64,000 bases of DNA from a virus. Lineage: Duplodnaviria > Heunggongvirae > Uroviricota > Caudoviricetes. Location of the stretch: IMG/VR virus record IMGVR_UViG_3300021979_000001, positions 322,948 through 386,947 of that record; one strand, written 5' to 3'. The notes below the pieces were generated by a model. The model did no database searches. It saw only the letters and a program-made list of their open reading frames with translations, and had not been told where the DNA came from. Positions 50,053 through 61,035 of this stretch are shown piece by piece. Made by a program: the position numbers and the translations under genes. Every line of letters starts with the position of its first letter. Positions within the stretch are counted from its first letter, which is position 1.

Positions 50053-50931
50053 TTACGCATTTTCTGCAATTGTTTCGCCATGACGGATAATTTCATCCCG
50101 CCATTTTTTCCAAAATGTTTCGGTTTGATATTTGTATTTTTTCTGCCAATTCAACATATGGTTCTTCCCGGTTTCACCAAGCAATAACGTGATAACATCA
50201 TCCATTGTCATCTTTTTCAGGTTATCATACGAAACCGGGGTGCCGTTGATAACCAAGGTATCCGATGATTCGAAACCGAAAGTATAGTTAATTTTGACAA
50301 ATGGATCATGATACAAATCATCCCGATAATGAATATCGGTAAACTCGATCTTTTTTATCTTGCGCGGGATAGGTTGTGCCTCTAATGATGAACAAACACT
50401 TAACCGGTTCACACTTAAGTCGTTCGGCAAGCACAACATATCGGTGAATGGGTAACCGTTTGCTGCTTCGAGCGTCAACGATAAAGCTGATAACCCTGAT
50501 GGCAATTCTTCTACTTTAGTGTTTATAAAAATAACAATGCCACACGTCATATTGTCTGCCAATTTGACCGGAACCGTATTTTCCAAACACATAATATACA
50601 CCCGGTCTTTTTGTGCAGGAATATAATCAATTTTTGTTTTGCACAGCGATATTATACCAGAAACGACCATCGTTTCGGGAAAACGCGTGATGTTTGTCGC
50701 AACAATCATAAGTGATCCGTTTACTACCAGGTTTTCTGGTAGATAACTAATATTGTCGGAATTGATATGCAATTGACCATTCACCTGCAAGTTATCAGGT
50801 AACCGATAAATTTCACTACCAACCATAATATTCAAATCATGATTGACCACCAAATGGTCCGAATACATAAAATCATCCACCGGCATATCGATGCCATTGA
50901 TTTCAATCGTTTCGCGTGATGTATTGGTCAT
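50053..50931 (-). CDS. LRR-like repeat protein, family C (recent duplicate)
   Basis: Near-identical termini and flanks to 49082 copy. Confidence 0.75.
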   Translation of the reverse strand: MTNTSRETIEINGIDMPVDDFMYSDHLVVNHDLNIMVGSEIYRLPDNLQVNGQLHINSDNISYLPENLVVNGSLMIVATNITRFPETMVVSGIISLCKTKIDYIPAQKDRVYIMCLENTVPVKLADNMTCGIVIFINTKVEELPSGLSALSLTLEAANGYPFTDMLCLPNDLSVNRLSVCSSLEAQPIPRKIKKIEFTDIHYRDDLYHDPFVKINYTFGFESSDTLVINGTPVSYDNLKKMTMDDVITLLLGETGKNHMLNWQKKYKYQTETFWKKWRDEIIRHGETIAENA

Positions 50932-51107
50932 GATATTATCTCCAAAATAATGCGTTTGATTATTGAAGTAATATACACCACAATTAAAAAAACGTCAAAC
51001 ATTTTTTAAAATATATTTGTATATTTTATATCATTACCAACGACTGTATAAAACCGACAAGGTTACATCCAAACTAATTCGGTATGTTTTGTTTAATTTA
51101 TTAGTGT

Positions 51108-51383
51108 TTAAAAATCATCGGAAAAATCAATATTTCCCACTTCGACGATGCCGCTTTCAACAAGCTGGGTATATCCACCAATTCGATCACCATCTACGAA
51201 AATTTGTGGCACGGTTCGGTATGATCCTTCCAATCCAAGTTTATCATATAACGCATTTCGGTCATCTGGATTATCAATTACAATTTCGGTAAAGTCCAGA
51301 TTACGTTCACCCAGGTATTGTTTTGCTTTCGTGCAAAACGGACAATTATACTTTGAATATATTTCAATTTTCATTCGTTTCAA
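51108..51383 (-). CDS. Glutaredoxin
   Basis: CPFC, TVPQIF.DG..IGG. Confidence 0.93.
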   Translation of the reverse strand: MKRMKIEIYSKYNCPFCTKAKQYLGERNLDFTEIVIDNPDDRNALYDKLGLEGSYRTVPQIFVDGDRIGGYTQLVESGIVEVGNIDFSDDF

Positions 51384-51444
51384 TCCTTAATTTATAATTA
51401 ACCAATCTATCGGACGACATCATTTCATTCATTATCTATGATAT

Positions 51445-51888
51445 TTACCACCAACTATATGCTTTTGACGCCCGATATTTGTTACGGCGATATTTGGATG
51501 TTGGCAATTGAATGTTATTTACAATAATCTCATTATACAGATCATATAAATGACTGATATTTTTTCTGTTCCAACGGTTCATAACGTTTCCATAACCTTT
51601 ATACCGATAATGATACCGCCAATTCCACGCACTTGCCAAATCATTATATCTTTTTTTTGTCTCGATATACATACCGTATTCGTATGTTAATTCATCCGTT
51701 ATAACCATATCAATAGAATGATATTTTGTTAGCTTAATATTTCTGTATCTATATGCATAGCAATGTTCATAATACCCGAAGTGATCGTGACATTCTCCGT
51801 CATTCCTACGTATTATTTTTACTGCTCGTTTCAGTTTCTTTTCATTATTTGCCCGTTTTTTTAAATTTTTCCAACTACTATCTCGCAT
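51445..51888 (-). CDS. Basic hypothetical protein
   Basis: 147 aa ORF in operon. Confidence 0.6.
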   Translation of the reverse strand: MRDSSWKNLKKRANNEKKLKRAVKIIRRNDGECHDHFGYYEHCYAYRYRNIKLTKYHSIDMVITDELTYEYGMYIETKKRYNDLASAWNWRYHYRYKGYGNVMNRWNRKNISHLYDLYNEIIVNNIQLPTSKYRRNKYRASKAYSWW

Positions 51889-51895
51889 AAAATCA

Positions 51896-52597
51896 CTATC
51901 CTAACAATACTTTTTCATAAGCATAAACTGTTTTGAAAAACAGCCGCATGTTATTACTATTAACATTAGCATATTTGTTATCAATCAGCATCCAGTCGGA
52001 TGTGCTATCTGATATTACATCAGGGCCGAGAATGTTATAGATATATTGATGCATCGTTTTGAATGATGATATATCACCAACACATTCAATAGGATGTAGA
52101 TCAGTGGCGTCAAATATCGATATATAATCAGGCCATTCTATTTCAAACCAGTTTGACATCACTGACTGATCACTGATTATTATTTCACCCTTTCGAATGA
52201 ACACCAAACACATATTTGTTCGATTAGATCGAAACCAATTATGTCCACCGTCACAAAACGTCGTTCGGTCATTACTATATTTAAAATCATGTTGAAATTG
52301 ACTGAATATTACTTGTCCTTCATTGCTAATTGCACCATAAAACATTGTAGTTGCAATTTGGTTTGCTGTTTGTTTAATACCACCCTTATCTACATAGAAA
52401 TATTCCATATCATCATGTAATGATGCGATAGAATCATAAAAGATAGGTTCGGGTCCGCACCATTCATTACCAAAACCATAATCACGCATCACATTATATT
52501 GCCCCATATAATGGTATCTCGACTCATACTTATATGGGGCGGGCAAAAACATTGGTTTTAGTTTAGTAATTGATGCTGGATCAAAAAACAGCGACAC
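51896..52597 (-). CDS. Hypothetical protein
   Basis: S...HDF..DGG..R motif; coupled to upstream gene. Confidence 0.65.
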   Translation of the reverse strand: MSLFFDPASITKLKPMFLPAPYKYESRYHYMGQYNVMRDYGFGNEWCGPEPIFYDSIASLHDDMEYFYVDKGGIKQTANQIATTMFYGAISNEGQVIFSQFQHDFKYSNDRTTFCDGGHNWFRSNRTNMCLVFIRKGEIIISDQSVMSNWFEIEWPDYISIFDATDLHPIECVGDISSFKTMHQYIYNILGPDVISDSTSDWMLIDNKYANVNSNNMRLFFKTVYAYEKVLLG

Positions 52598-52800
52598 TAA
52601 AATGATCCACCACTAATGGAAGCCATATCCTGGGTTGTTTTTTGTTCCTTTTCGATTATTTGTGCCATAAGATGCGCCAATATTGCTGTAATATCAACTG
52701 CTTCGTCGATTGGCATGCGGATTTCTCGTGATCCTTTGGCTGTTGCCAGACGAACCCGTTTGGTGAAATCGGAAACGACGGTTGAATCTATGGTATTCAT
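52597..52800 (-). CDS. Small conserved protein downstream of RNase H
   Basis: F...V......SREIRMP..EA, ends GGSF. Confidence 0.65.
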   Translation of the reverse strand: MNTIDSTVVSDFTKRVRLATAKGSREIRMPIDEAVDITAILAHLMAQIIEKEQKTTQDMASISGGSF

Positions 52801-53918
52801 TTATAACCTTTATTCAAATATGCGGCATGATAGGTTGATTCTTTACTGATCGCGGGTAAATCGTGCTTGCCACAAAACTGCATGAAGTTCAATCCCACCA
52901 TAGCCACAGGTTCTTTTTGAACGGCATCAATTATCACCTGATCCATTTTCACTTTGATGTCATCTGGTTGCATAGACAGATCGATCAGTTTGCGATTTAT
53001 TTCATATTCATTCAGAACCTTTACCTCCTTGGTAATCGGGTTCCCGTCGGCATCATGTCCAACCAGTTTTTGCCAACGTTGCAACATGAAGTTATTCCAT
53101 TTGAACCCTTTCCCGCCCCTGTCTTCCCATGCTTCATTAATCCCGATTTTATTTTTTGATCCTTTTGTTCGGGCACCAGGACAGGCCGAAAAGATACCAT
53201 CCCCAGAATCACCACGAATGCATTTAAAAAATAGAGCCTTTTCCCACCAGTTAGGTTCAATCGTGAACGAAAATGGTTTAATTTCGTATTCAGGGTTTTT
53301 CTTTTTCTTTTCTTTTTCAGCTTTATCGTGCTTTTTTTTGACATCCGCAATGGTCCCGGAAACTTTTACTTTTCCGCTACTACCATCAACGGTAAAAACC
53401 AATTCGTTACCATTGGTATCAAAAACACCATTATGTTTAATATGACGTTCACCAACGCCATCATATATACTTACTTTTTCGGAAATCAATTGAACGAAAT
53501 CAGAATCCCCGGACAAAATGATATGTTCATCATCCGGGTGCAATTGGCACCATCTGGCAATAAAATCATCACCTTCCACACCATCACATTGTAGGACAGT
53601 GCAACGTGTTTTTTCAGAAACGAATGCGATAAAATCGTCCAGAATTTCAAAGAAGAAATCATCTTCTTCTTTTTCTTTCAACGATTTTGCCATTTTGGCA
53701 ACCCGTCGTGCTGCTTTATACTCTGGGTAAACTGCATTCCGCCAGGACTTACCTTCACATGCGAACACAATGTGGTCAGCATTAAAATCTTTATACAGTC
53801 GGTTAAGACTGCGAAACATGATGGTAAGAGACATCCCAGCACGACTGTAAATGTCACCACTGGTTACATGTCTGGCACGATTGAACAAATTCGCAATATC
53901 GACAATGGCATAACGCAT
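52797..53918 (-). CDS. rnh: RNase H / 5'-3' exonuclease (T4 Rnh/FEN family)
   Basis: IVD..NLF.RA, SWR..YP.YK..R, EGDD, SGDSDF.QL, RGD.GD.I. Confidence 0.9.
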   Translation of the reverse strand: MRYAIVDIANLFNRARHVTSGDIYSRAGMSLTIMFRSLNRLYKDFNADHIVFACEGKSWRNAVYPEYKAARRVAKMAKSLKEKEEDDFFFEILDDFIAFVSEKTRCTVLQCDGVEGDDFIARWCQLHPDDEHIILSGDSDFVQLISEKVSIYDGVGERHIKHNGVFDTNGNELVFTVDGSSGKVKVSGTIADVKKKHDKAEKEKKKKNPEYEIKPFSFTIEPNWWEKALFFKCIRGDSGDGIFSACPGARTKGSKNKIGINEAWEDRGGKGFKWNNFMLQRWQKLVGHDADGNPITKEVKVLNEYEINRKLIDLSMQPDDIKVKMDQVIIDAVQKEPVAMVGLNFMQFCGKHDLPAISKESTYHAAYLNKGYK

Positions 53919-54064
53919 TTTTTTGACCGCATTTTATTTTTGAAACAGCGGTAATTTTAAGTTATGAGCGGCGCGAAAGTCAATATTATTGTGTGATCAA
54001 AATATCCTACAGGCGGTAAGAAACGTTACCCTTACCGCCTGTTTATTCGGGATGTGACACGGTT

Positions 54065-54316
54065 TTATGCCACCGGCTCGTTTGTGGTGACATCCACCGT
54101 TGTAACGACATGACGACGCATTAGGTTATCATACAGAATAACCGGGTTCTCCCCCTTTGCGATCATGTTGTCGTAGTGAACAACTGGCGTTTCCCCAGCC
54201 CCACCAAGAACGTCATCAATTTGACGCATGATGTCAACATCAACAACGATAAAACGTGATTCTTCGACCATTTTTTTGTATCCTTTTGTTAAATGCTCCG
54301 CAACATAGCGAAACAT
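54065..54316 (-). CDS. Small hypothetical protein
   Basis: AAGGA before MVEESR. Confidence 0.55.
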   Translation of the reverse strand: MFRYVAEHLTKGYKKMVEESRFIVVDVDIMRQIDDVLGGAGETPVVHYDNMIAKGENPVILYDNLMRRHVVTTVDVTTNEPVA

Positions 54317-54416
54317 GGTCAGTTTTCATGGACCGTTAATTACCCAGAAATAAAAAAAAGGTCAAGCACATTTTTTATGCTGACCCTTTTTCAAAAACTA
54401 TTGTTTGACTTTGTGG

Positions 54417-55217
54417 TTATGAAAATTCCGACCCACCGTATCGAGTGCTACCTCGAAGATTAAACGGTATGTTATCAGGGTATGCATCTATGGGAACATC
54501 CATGTTAACACTATTGCAAACATCAGTAAACCACATATCCATTACATCCTGATCAGAACTTGCTTCGTAACCACTAGCCCGAAGGGTTTCAATCCATTGT
54601 GCATTCCAGTCCATTTCGAACTGAAAGCCGTTTATGCCTTTTGATTTGTCAAAGCCAGAATGAACAACATCAACCCATGGTTCATTTTTTAATGTTGCTA
54701 TTCCCTTTTCCATTTCGGTATCTGTAATTTCGCCGAAGGAATTGCGAATTTTGAGATAGGAAATGTCTTTTTCGACCGAAGACGCATTAGACAATTCAAC
54801 TTGTTTCATCAAATAGTCTTTTTCGCTAATATCACCGAACTTGTGCATAATATCAAGTTTGGCGATTTCTCGATCTTCTGCCCGGTGTGTGTAATCAACA
54901 AGTTTTAATTGATGTGTTTTATCATCAATAATACCAAATTCATGATCAAGATTAAGCTGATTATATTCATCATTATTCAATGAATTAATCTCACTTAGTC
55001 CGACATATTTTGAACACACCCCATGTTTGATTTTCGCAGTAATGAGTTTGATCTGCTTTTCAACACACTCATTGTCATCGAATTCTATATCAATAAGGGC
55101 CTTGTCTAAATCATATCCAGTAAAATAATATGCTGCTTCTGCCTCTCTCCGAACTTTTCCGTGCAACCCCCAGGATGCAGGCAACCATGAGAACGGAATA
55201 TAACGTTTTACTCGCAT
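54417..55217 (-). CDS. Conserved large-phage hypothetical protein
   Basis: AT..EPWV.V..FE.DWN..I..L...GY..D.WF C-terminal domain. Confidence 0.7.
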   Translation of the reverse strand: MRVKRYIPFSWLPASWGLHGKVRREAEAAYYFTGYDLDKALIDIEFDDNECVEKQIKLITAKIKHGVCSKYVGLSEINSLNNDEYNQLNLDHEFGIIDDKTHQLKLVDYTHRAEDREIAKLDIMHKFGDISEKDYLMKQVELSNASSVEKDISYLKIRNSFGEITDTEMEKGIATLKNEPWVDVVHSGFDKSKGINGFQFEMDWNAQWIETLRASGYEASSDQDVMDMWFTDVCNSVNMDVPIDAYPDNIPFNLRGSTRYGGSEFS

Positions 55218-55263
55218 ATCAATTAATACCTTACAGTTAAAATCATAGTTATTTATCTTTAAT

Positions 55264-55800
55264 TTATACTAAATGAACAATTTTTATTAAATCAGTGAAT
55301 GATTTACCATGTTTTTCTTTATCGAGCATGACCACACCAATGAAATCATTATGATCAGTAAACGTTACTGCCTGGCTGTTACCAATGACAATAAAATCTT
55401 TTGCAATCATTTGTGACGTTGCAATCACTAAATTTTTGTTACAAATAATTGATGCTTTTTGATAATTGGTCCAGTGTCTAACGGTTTCTGGTTTATTATG
55501 GTTCATTGGAATAAGATCAGATTGTGCCGGGTTCATCAATATAAACGCATTTCCAAACATTCGTGATGGAATATGGTTACACAATAAATTATGCAAATAA
55601 GTATGTAGATCAGTCATGGTTTCATCCCGATACTGGGATTTCACATCACATTGCGAAAATATTTCAAATAAAACTTTATCCTCTGCGTCGTATGTATTAT
55701 GAAAATATGTTGGCATAGATACCACATCAGGATTGTATTCAACCGTTACTGATCCATCAAAATGATTAGCTTTTGTCGTCGAAAAGAATAGATGTTTCAT
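55264..55800 (-). CDS. Hypothetical protein
   Basis: 178 aa ORF. Confidence 0.65.
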   Translation of the reverse strand: MKHLFFSTTKANHFDGSVTVEYNPDVVSMPTYFHNTYDAEDKVLFEIFSQCDVKSQYRDETMTDLHTYLHNLLCNHIPSRMFGNAFILMNPAQSDLIPMNHNKPETVRHWTNYQKASIICNKNLVIATSQMIAKDFIVIGNSQAVTFTDHNDFIGVVMLDKEKHGKSFTDLIKIVHLV

Positions 55801-55839
55801 TTACTTTCTCACGAAATAATAAATACAGCATACATAACG

Positions 55840-56571
55840 TTAATTATTAATTGCACGCAAATAATAAGCATACGTAGCATAATCTGTTGTGATTTCGACC
55901 GACATAATGCCAACTCTGCTAATTTTCAATTCAACCGGGTGTGCATTAAACAGTTTTGTCATCGTTAAAAACAAATCGATTGACCATGTATGTGATACCG
56001 ATATATTTCCTTCGACATTATCAACGAATACCATACTGGCTTTTTGAGTTGATGCATTATCTTCACCAAGATTAAACACGAGGCGTCCGTCAACAATTTG
56101 GGTTGAGAAATTAGGATCAACACCCGAAAATAGACTAGCCAAGCGGCTAAAATCGGCCAAACTTTTCTTTTCCGGTGTTACGACAATATCCCATGGGATA
56201 TTTCCGATAGTAACCGGTTCGGTTACATCTGGACCCCCAAGGCGAAAATCAGCACCGATATTTTTTGAAACTCTAAATTCAAACGCTTCGGGCCGTTCAG
56301 TTCCACCCATAACACGGCGGCGCACGGAAAACGTTGATTCATCACAATTGTAGGCGGGAAATGCTAATAGCCCGGTCAGAACCTTGATATTGCGCATACC
56401 GCACTCACCGATCAAATCATTTTCCGGTTTGATAAGTTTGGCGTTAACGAACATCATTCGTTCAATATTGCCACTGAATACCGTTTCTGATGCGGTTCCC
56501 ACAATACGAACATTTTCAAGTTTACCACCAATATCGATATATTTGGTCAAATCACGCAACATATCACGCAT
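55840..56571 (-). CDS. Probable sliding clamp (gp45-like)
   Basis: 243 aa immediately downstream of DNA polymerase; clamp-like beta/alpha pattern ending ..Y.YYL.A. Confidence 0.6.
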   Translation of the reverse strand: MRDMLRDLTKYIDIGGKLENVRIVGTASETVFSGNIERMMFVNAKLIKPENDLIGECGMRNIKVLTGLLAFPAYNCDESTFSVRRRVMGGTERPEAFEFRVSKNIGADFRLGGPDVTEPVTIGNIPWDIVVTPEKKSLADFSRLASLFSGVDPNFSTQIVDGRLVFNLGEDNASTQKASMVFVDNVEGNISVSHTWSIDLFLTMTKLFNAHPVELKISRVGIMSVEITTDYATYAYYLRAINN

Positions 56572-56638
56572 AACGAATTTCCTATAGTTAGTAGATCATA
56601 ATATTACTGTATACCCAGACGAAATCTCAATATTTTTG

Positions 56639-59602
56639 TCATCCAAAAACAAAGTATTCATCACCCGCATAATTTCTGGTTTTGCTCAAATCCCATTCAG
56701 GCAAAACACCGACTAAGTTATCGAGCTTTTTATCAATAATTGTATCTTCCATCAATGCATGATCAAATGGTAGTTCTTTGAACCATTTTGGAATATGTGG
56801 TTCATCAATCGGATACGCTATTGATTTGATACCCATAACATTCGGTTTCAACTTACATACGATAGTTTTGAATCCATCCGAAATACGCATAGAATACCGA
56901 TCCGCGTTGGATTCACATAAATTATTCCAATTCATTGCGGCCCGAACATGTCCTGGCATATTAATTTTTCCCTTTTCTTGACCTTTTTTACGAGGTCCAT
57001 ACAACCCATAATTAATAGCTTCGTTATGACGTTCCGTATAATCGTCCAATGCTTTAACAGCTTTGGGTGACCCTTTTTCCCATCCTGGACGGGCCTTAAA
57101 ATCAATGCGGAATTGGCGAACCCACTTATACATTTCTTCTTGATTTACTTCCGTCAACAATCCCAAAAGGATACGTTCAAGAAATTTCTGCATAAATTTT
57201 GGTGTATCTGCCCGTTTAAGATCAAGCCCCATTGCTTTCAATTTTCCGGGTTTACCATCCACATCTACCCGTTTCCCTTCATCGTCATAAACCAAACATG
57301 CATATTTCTTTTTCTTAATAAACAATCCCATCGATGCGACAATTTCACGACCTGCCGCGATGATTGCACCGCGTTCCAATCCAGTATTGAAATTATCATC
57401 CATAAATTTGGGGAATGTTTTATTAACTTCTTCCCCAATATTGTCATAGAGATCAATAATATTTTCACGAGACCATTCAAACTTAACGAACCGTGGATCA
57501 TCTTTCAGCACGTGATATGCAGAAAAGTAAATAGAGTCAGTATCGCCATAAATAATTGCGTCACCGGCGTTGTCGTATTTTCCCGTAATCGTTTCGTTGA
57601 TAGATGATCCCATATGTTTAGTGATGCAACGACCAGTCAGGGTAACCGACTGACCCAACCGTTTATCATAAAAACGTAATCCTTCGTTAAGCAATGCACC
57701 ATAAAGACTGTTAAGCAAAATTTTTCTAGCTTGCTGGCGTTGATCCCAATAATGGAACAATTCCGAAATTACTTTGGCCCTGGCATTATCATATGCCTTG
57801 ACAAGACCATCACGCATTTCAAGACCAAATTCACGAATATACGCAACAATACCTGAAATATCGCAGTTTTTTACCATATCCCCCAAGGATATAGCTGGGT
57901 TTACTTCATCAACATCACCCGAAAATTCTGCAACTTGTTTGATAATGTCTTCTGATACCTTTACGCCAAACATAATTGACTTAAAAGTATCTTTTTTCCG
58001 CTGCATTTCTTTACGTTGGGAATACCATTTCGCCAACAGCGCGGGAATCATTCCCTCAATATCGGTTCTGAATATGGTTCCGTTCGCACTTATACAAACG
58101 TGGTTTGCGGGATTGAAAATGTAATCCCACAGTTCCTCCCCGGAAAATGTCGCAGTAGTGCCATCATCGAAATCAACGATCAATTCCTTATCGTTGCGTT
58201 CCATCATATACTTATATTCGAGCGTTCCGAATAAGCCATCCCAGGCTTCTGCACCGGACATGCCTTTTTTCTTGCCAACCGGCATCATTCTTTCAGCCAG
58301 ATACGCATCAGTATATGTCGGACGGATTTGGCCGATGATTGTTTCTGGCGATAGGTTTAATGCCCGGATCGTGGATGGATACAGGGAGTTAAGGTCAACT
58401 GCGCCAATTTCTTTATGTAGGCCAACTTTTGGTTTGATAACATAAGCACCCGCGACCGATTTTCGTTCTGCATCATCATCTCCGGCATCAAGTGTCGGAT
58501 CGTATGCGTCACGTTTCGGGCGATTGGGCACAACAACGCCCACTTCATGCATTTCGTTAATGATTGCCTGTTCAACCAGGGCAACTGATCCCATGGTTGT
58601 TTTAAGCAATACACAATTGGCATGTGCAACCTGATTTGACAGTTCAATGTATTTTAATTTCTGATCAATCTTGACCAGCAGGTCAACGTCCTGTCTGTTA
58701 TATGCAATAAATTTCTCAAAATCTTTTTTATAAAGATCGTCTAATGTCCCTTCATACGGAATCTTATTTTCGTTAACTTCAATTTCACCAACATAATCGA
58801 GTCGATATGAGTGCAACTGTTGTGTTACATGTTTTTGATATAACAACAAATAATCAAGATGAATACGTCCAACCAAGTCATAGGTTACGTGTTCGCGGTT
58901 GAATTTTATGTATTCACGACGTAGTGGCTGTTTTCCCCACAAACAGAAATTAGATAAGATTTCTTCGCCCATGATTCGGCGCATACGATTGACCAGATAT
59001 GGAATATCGTATCCTTCCGAGTTCCAACCGGAAAGAACATCAATATCTTCAATCAAGTCCAGGAATACCGTTAATAAATCGGCTTCATCAGTAAACAGAA
59101 TAGTATTGTCGAATTTATCAACGATTTTCTGCGCATCATGGACTGAATATGTCGGCGGGCATAATACAAGGGTGGTTAATTTTTGCCATTTACTGTGCCA
59201 CAATGTAATTGCAGTAACAGCATTAAATGGGTCATCAGTTGGGGCAAACCCAAATTCAGGCGAAAAATCCACCTCAATATCGAAAAGACCGATATTAAGT
59301 TCCGGGGCTTCTACCCCATGATAATTTTCTGATAATGATCGGAAAACAGGATTAATGTCGCTTTCAAAAATGGTGCGACCTTCTGCCTCAAATTTATGTA
59401 ATGCGTTTTTGAATTTGTATGCTGTTTGTGTAACAAACTTTTTGCAAGGATCATTGAAAATTGATCGATGACTACCTGATGGATGCGAATAATATAACAC
59501 ATGATTAACTGGGAACGTGCGGTATATTCGTTCTCCATTAACCCGCTCAACAACCGAAATAGTGTCTTCACGGCGATCATAAAATGCATCAATATAACTC
59601 AA
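56639..59602 (-). CDS. Family B DNA polymerase with 3'-5' exonuclease
   Basis: FDIE, WNSEGYDIPY, YNRQD; DLNSLYPS, KILLNSLYG, YGDTDS, KKKY. Confidence 0.97.
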   Translation of the reverse strand: MSYIDAFYDRREDTISVVERVNGERIYRTFPVNHVLYYSHPSGSHRSIFNDPCKKFVTQTAYKFKNALHKFEAEGRTIFESDINPVFRSLSENYHGVEAPELNIGLFDIEVDFSPEFGFAPTDDPFNAVTAITLWHSKWQKLTTLVLCPPTYSVHDAQKIVDKFDNTILFTDEADLLTVFLDLIEDIDVLSGWNSEGYDIPYLVNRMRRIMGEEILSNFCLWGKQPLRREYIKFNREHVTYDLVGRIHLDYLLLYQKHVTQQLHSYRLDYVGEIEVNENKIPYEGTLDDLYKKDFEKFIAYNRQDVDLLVKIDQKLKYIELSNQVAHANCVLLKTTMGSVALVEQAIINEMHEVGVVVPNRPKRDAYDPTLDAGDDDAERKSVAGAYVIKPKVGLHKEIGAVDLNSLYPSTIRALNLSPETIIGQIRPTYTDAYLAERMMPVGKKKGMSGAEAWDGLFGTLEYKYMMERNDKELIVDFDDGTTATFSGEELWDYIFNPANHVCISANGTIFRTDIEGMIPALLAKWYSQRKEMQRKKDTFKSIMFGVKVSEDIIKQVAEFSGDVDEVNPAISLGDMVKNCDISGIVAYIREFGLEMRDGLVKAYDNARAKVISELFHYWDQRQQARKILLNSLYGALLNEGLRFYDKRLGQSVTLTGRCITKHMGSSINETITGKYDNAGDAIIYGDTDSIYFSAYHVLKDDPRFVKFEWSRENIIDLYDNIGEEVNKTFPKFMDDNFNTGLERGAIIAAGREIVASMGLFIKKKKYACLVYDDEGKRVDVDGKPGKLKAMGLDLKRADTPKFMQKFLERILLGLLTEVNQEEMYKWVRQFRIDFKARPGWEKGSPKAVKALDDYTERHNEAINYGLYGPRKKGQEKGKINMPGHVRAAMNWNNLCESNADRYSMRISDGFKTIVCKLKPNVMGIKSIAYPIDEPHIPKWFKELPFDHALMEDTIIDKKLDNLVGVLPEWDLSKTRNYAGDEYFVFG

Positions 59603-59635
59603 AAAAATCTCCCTTGCATTAAAACAGCAAGTTAT

Positions 59636-59944
59636 TTAGATATTATTATTTTCGTAATTATCAAAACATAGTTGGAACATAACCAGGTCTTCGTAGTTTT
59701 CAAATCCAAATTCTACGTAAAATGTGTTATTTAAACATTCGATAGTTTCCTCAAACATAATATACAACCCGGTTGGGTTATAAATATCTTCAATACCAAT
59801 CAACATTTGGTATCCATCATACAAACTACATGTTTTCTTGATTTTTATGCGATTACGCAAAATATTTTCACGCATTGGGTATGATAGGAGATCAAATTGT
59901 TTTCTTGATAATGCTTTATAATGAATTAATTTTGTTTCATTCAT
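59636..59944 (-). CDS. Small protein with family A-like C-terminal motif
   Basis: Ends FGFENYEDLVMFQL. Confidence 0.6.
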   Translation of the reverse strand: MNETKLIHYKALSRKQFDLLSYPMRENILRNRIKIKKTCSLYDGYQMLIGIEDIYNPTGLYIMFEETIECLNNTFYVEFGFENYEDLVMFQLCFDNYENNNI

Positions 59945-60010
59945 ATTTTTGATCCGAAAAAATATGGAGGCGGACCTAATTACCCGCCTCCTATCTAAAT
60001 ATTAGATTGA

Positions 60011-60265
60011 TTAGCTGCGTCCGGCCAATTCTAAAATTTCGTCAATTTCGTCATTGATTACTCGCACTTCATCACGAAGTGCTTTAAATTCAATACGGAC
60101 CGCATTGTTCAGAACCGAAGGCTTGGTCCCAATTTCTTCTGCCATCGATTTCGTTGATTCTTTCAGACCTTCTTGCAAATCAGCGATGTCCTGGCGGATA
60201 CGTAACGCGGCTTCCATGTAGGTCTTAAGTCGGGAACGGGTATCGGCATTAATGGTATCAAACAT
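60011..60265 (-). CDS. DsbA/GapR-like dsDNA-binding protein
   Basis: Helical I.DL.E.LK....AEE.G.KP..LN.A.R..K; AAGGA RBS before MFDT. Confidence 0.6.
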   Translation of the reverse strand: MFDTINADTRSRLKTYMEAALRIRQDIADLQEGLKESTKSMAEEIGTKPSVLNNAVRIEFKALRDEVRVINDEIDEILELAGRS

Positions 60266-60508
60266 GAGGGAATATCCTTGTAATGTGAACTTTTTACATG
60301 CAGCTTCGTTGCTGTGAAAGAACAATACGGGAACTCGATATGCTGCGTCAATATTTTCGTTCACCATAAATATTGTTTTTTTTCAATACCTTAAATAAGC
60401 ATATGAACAATAATTTTAAATATAATGTTTATCATAGTAGAAATAATGGTTTACAAATATTATTCACCCGGTAATATATATTAATAACCCCAACTGAAAG
60501 GACGAAAA

Positions 60509-61012
60509 ATGACCAACAAACATGTAGCTAAGGCCATTGTTCTCCTTAACGAAATCATCAAGGGCACCCATACCGAATCGCAGACGATTATCGATGCCAT
60601 CCGGTTTGCATCGGTGGCTCATGGGGACCAACAATATGGTGGTCTTCCGTATATTGTTCACCCAGTGGCAGTAATGTTGGCCCTGCCGAACGATGCCACC
60701 ACCGACATGAAAATTGCTGCCATCCTTCACGACGTATTGGAAGATACTGACGTAAGCGAAACAGAAATTGAAACCCGGTTCAACGCATCGGTTCTTCGCA
60801 TGGTTAAACAACTCACCCGTGACAAGGATGCCGGAACCTATCAAGACTGGATTCTGGAAATGGCGAAAATTCGCGATATTGATGCAATCAAAGTCAAGAT
60901 CGCAGACATTACCGTAAACATTACCGACTGTAAGGAAACCCTCACCCATCGTTACGAACATGCGATGGACGTTCTGACCAAGGTGGTTAGCGGGGAATGG
61001 AAGGTCGCATAA
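60509..61012 (+). CDS. HD-domain hydrolase, SpoT/MESH1-like (small alarmone hydrolase)
   Basis: FA..AH..Q..G.PYIVHP, AILHDVLED, V..LT, KVKIAD...N. Confidence 0.8.
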   Translation: MTNKHVAKAIVLLNEIIKGTHTESQTIIDAIRFASVAHGDQQYGGLPYIVHPVAVMLALPNDATTDMKIAAILHDVLEDTDVSETEIETRFNASVLRMVKQLTRDKDAGTYQDWILEMAKIRDIDAIKVKIADITVNITDCKETLTHRYEHAMDVLTKVVSGEWKVA

Positions 61013-61035
61013 ATCATGGATGCCGAAAGCGAAAA

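Noticed and set aside
40729-59321. Many antisense or nested ORFs of 60-170 aa within long genes (e.g. 41556, 44423, 52954, 57113, 58899)
   Set aside because: Shadow frames of strongly supported genes, without RBS or recognisable motifs.
56639-59602. Intein or intron in the DNA polymerase
   Set aside because: The ORF is continuous with all motifs, and has no splice-junction or homing-endonuclease motifs.
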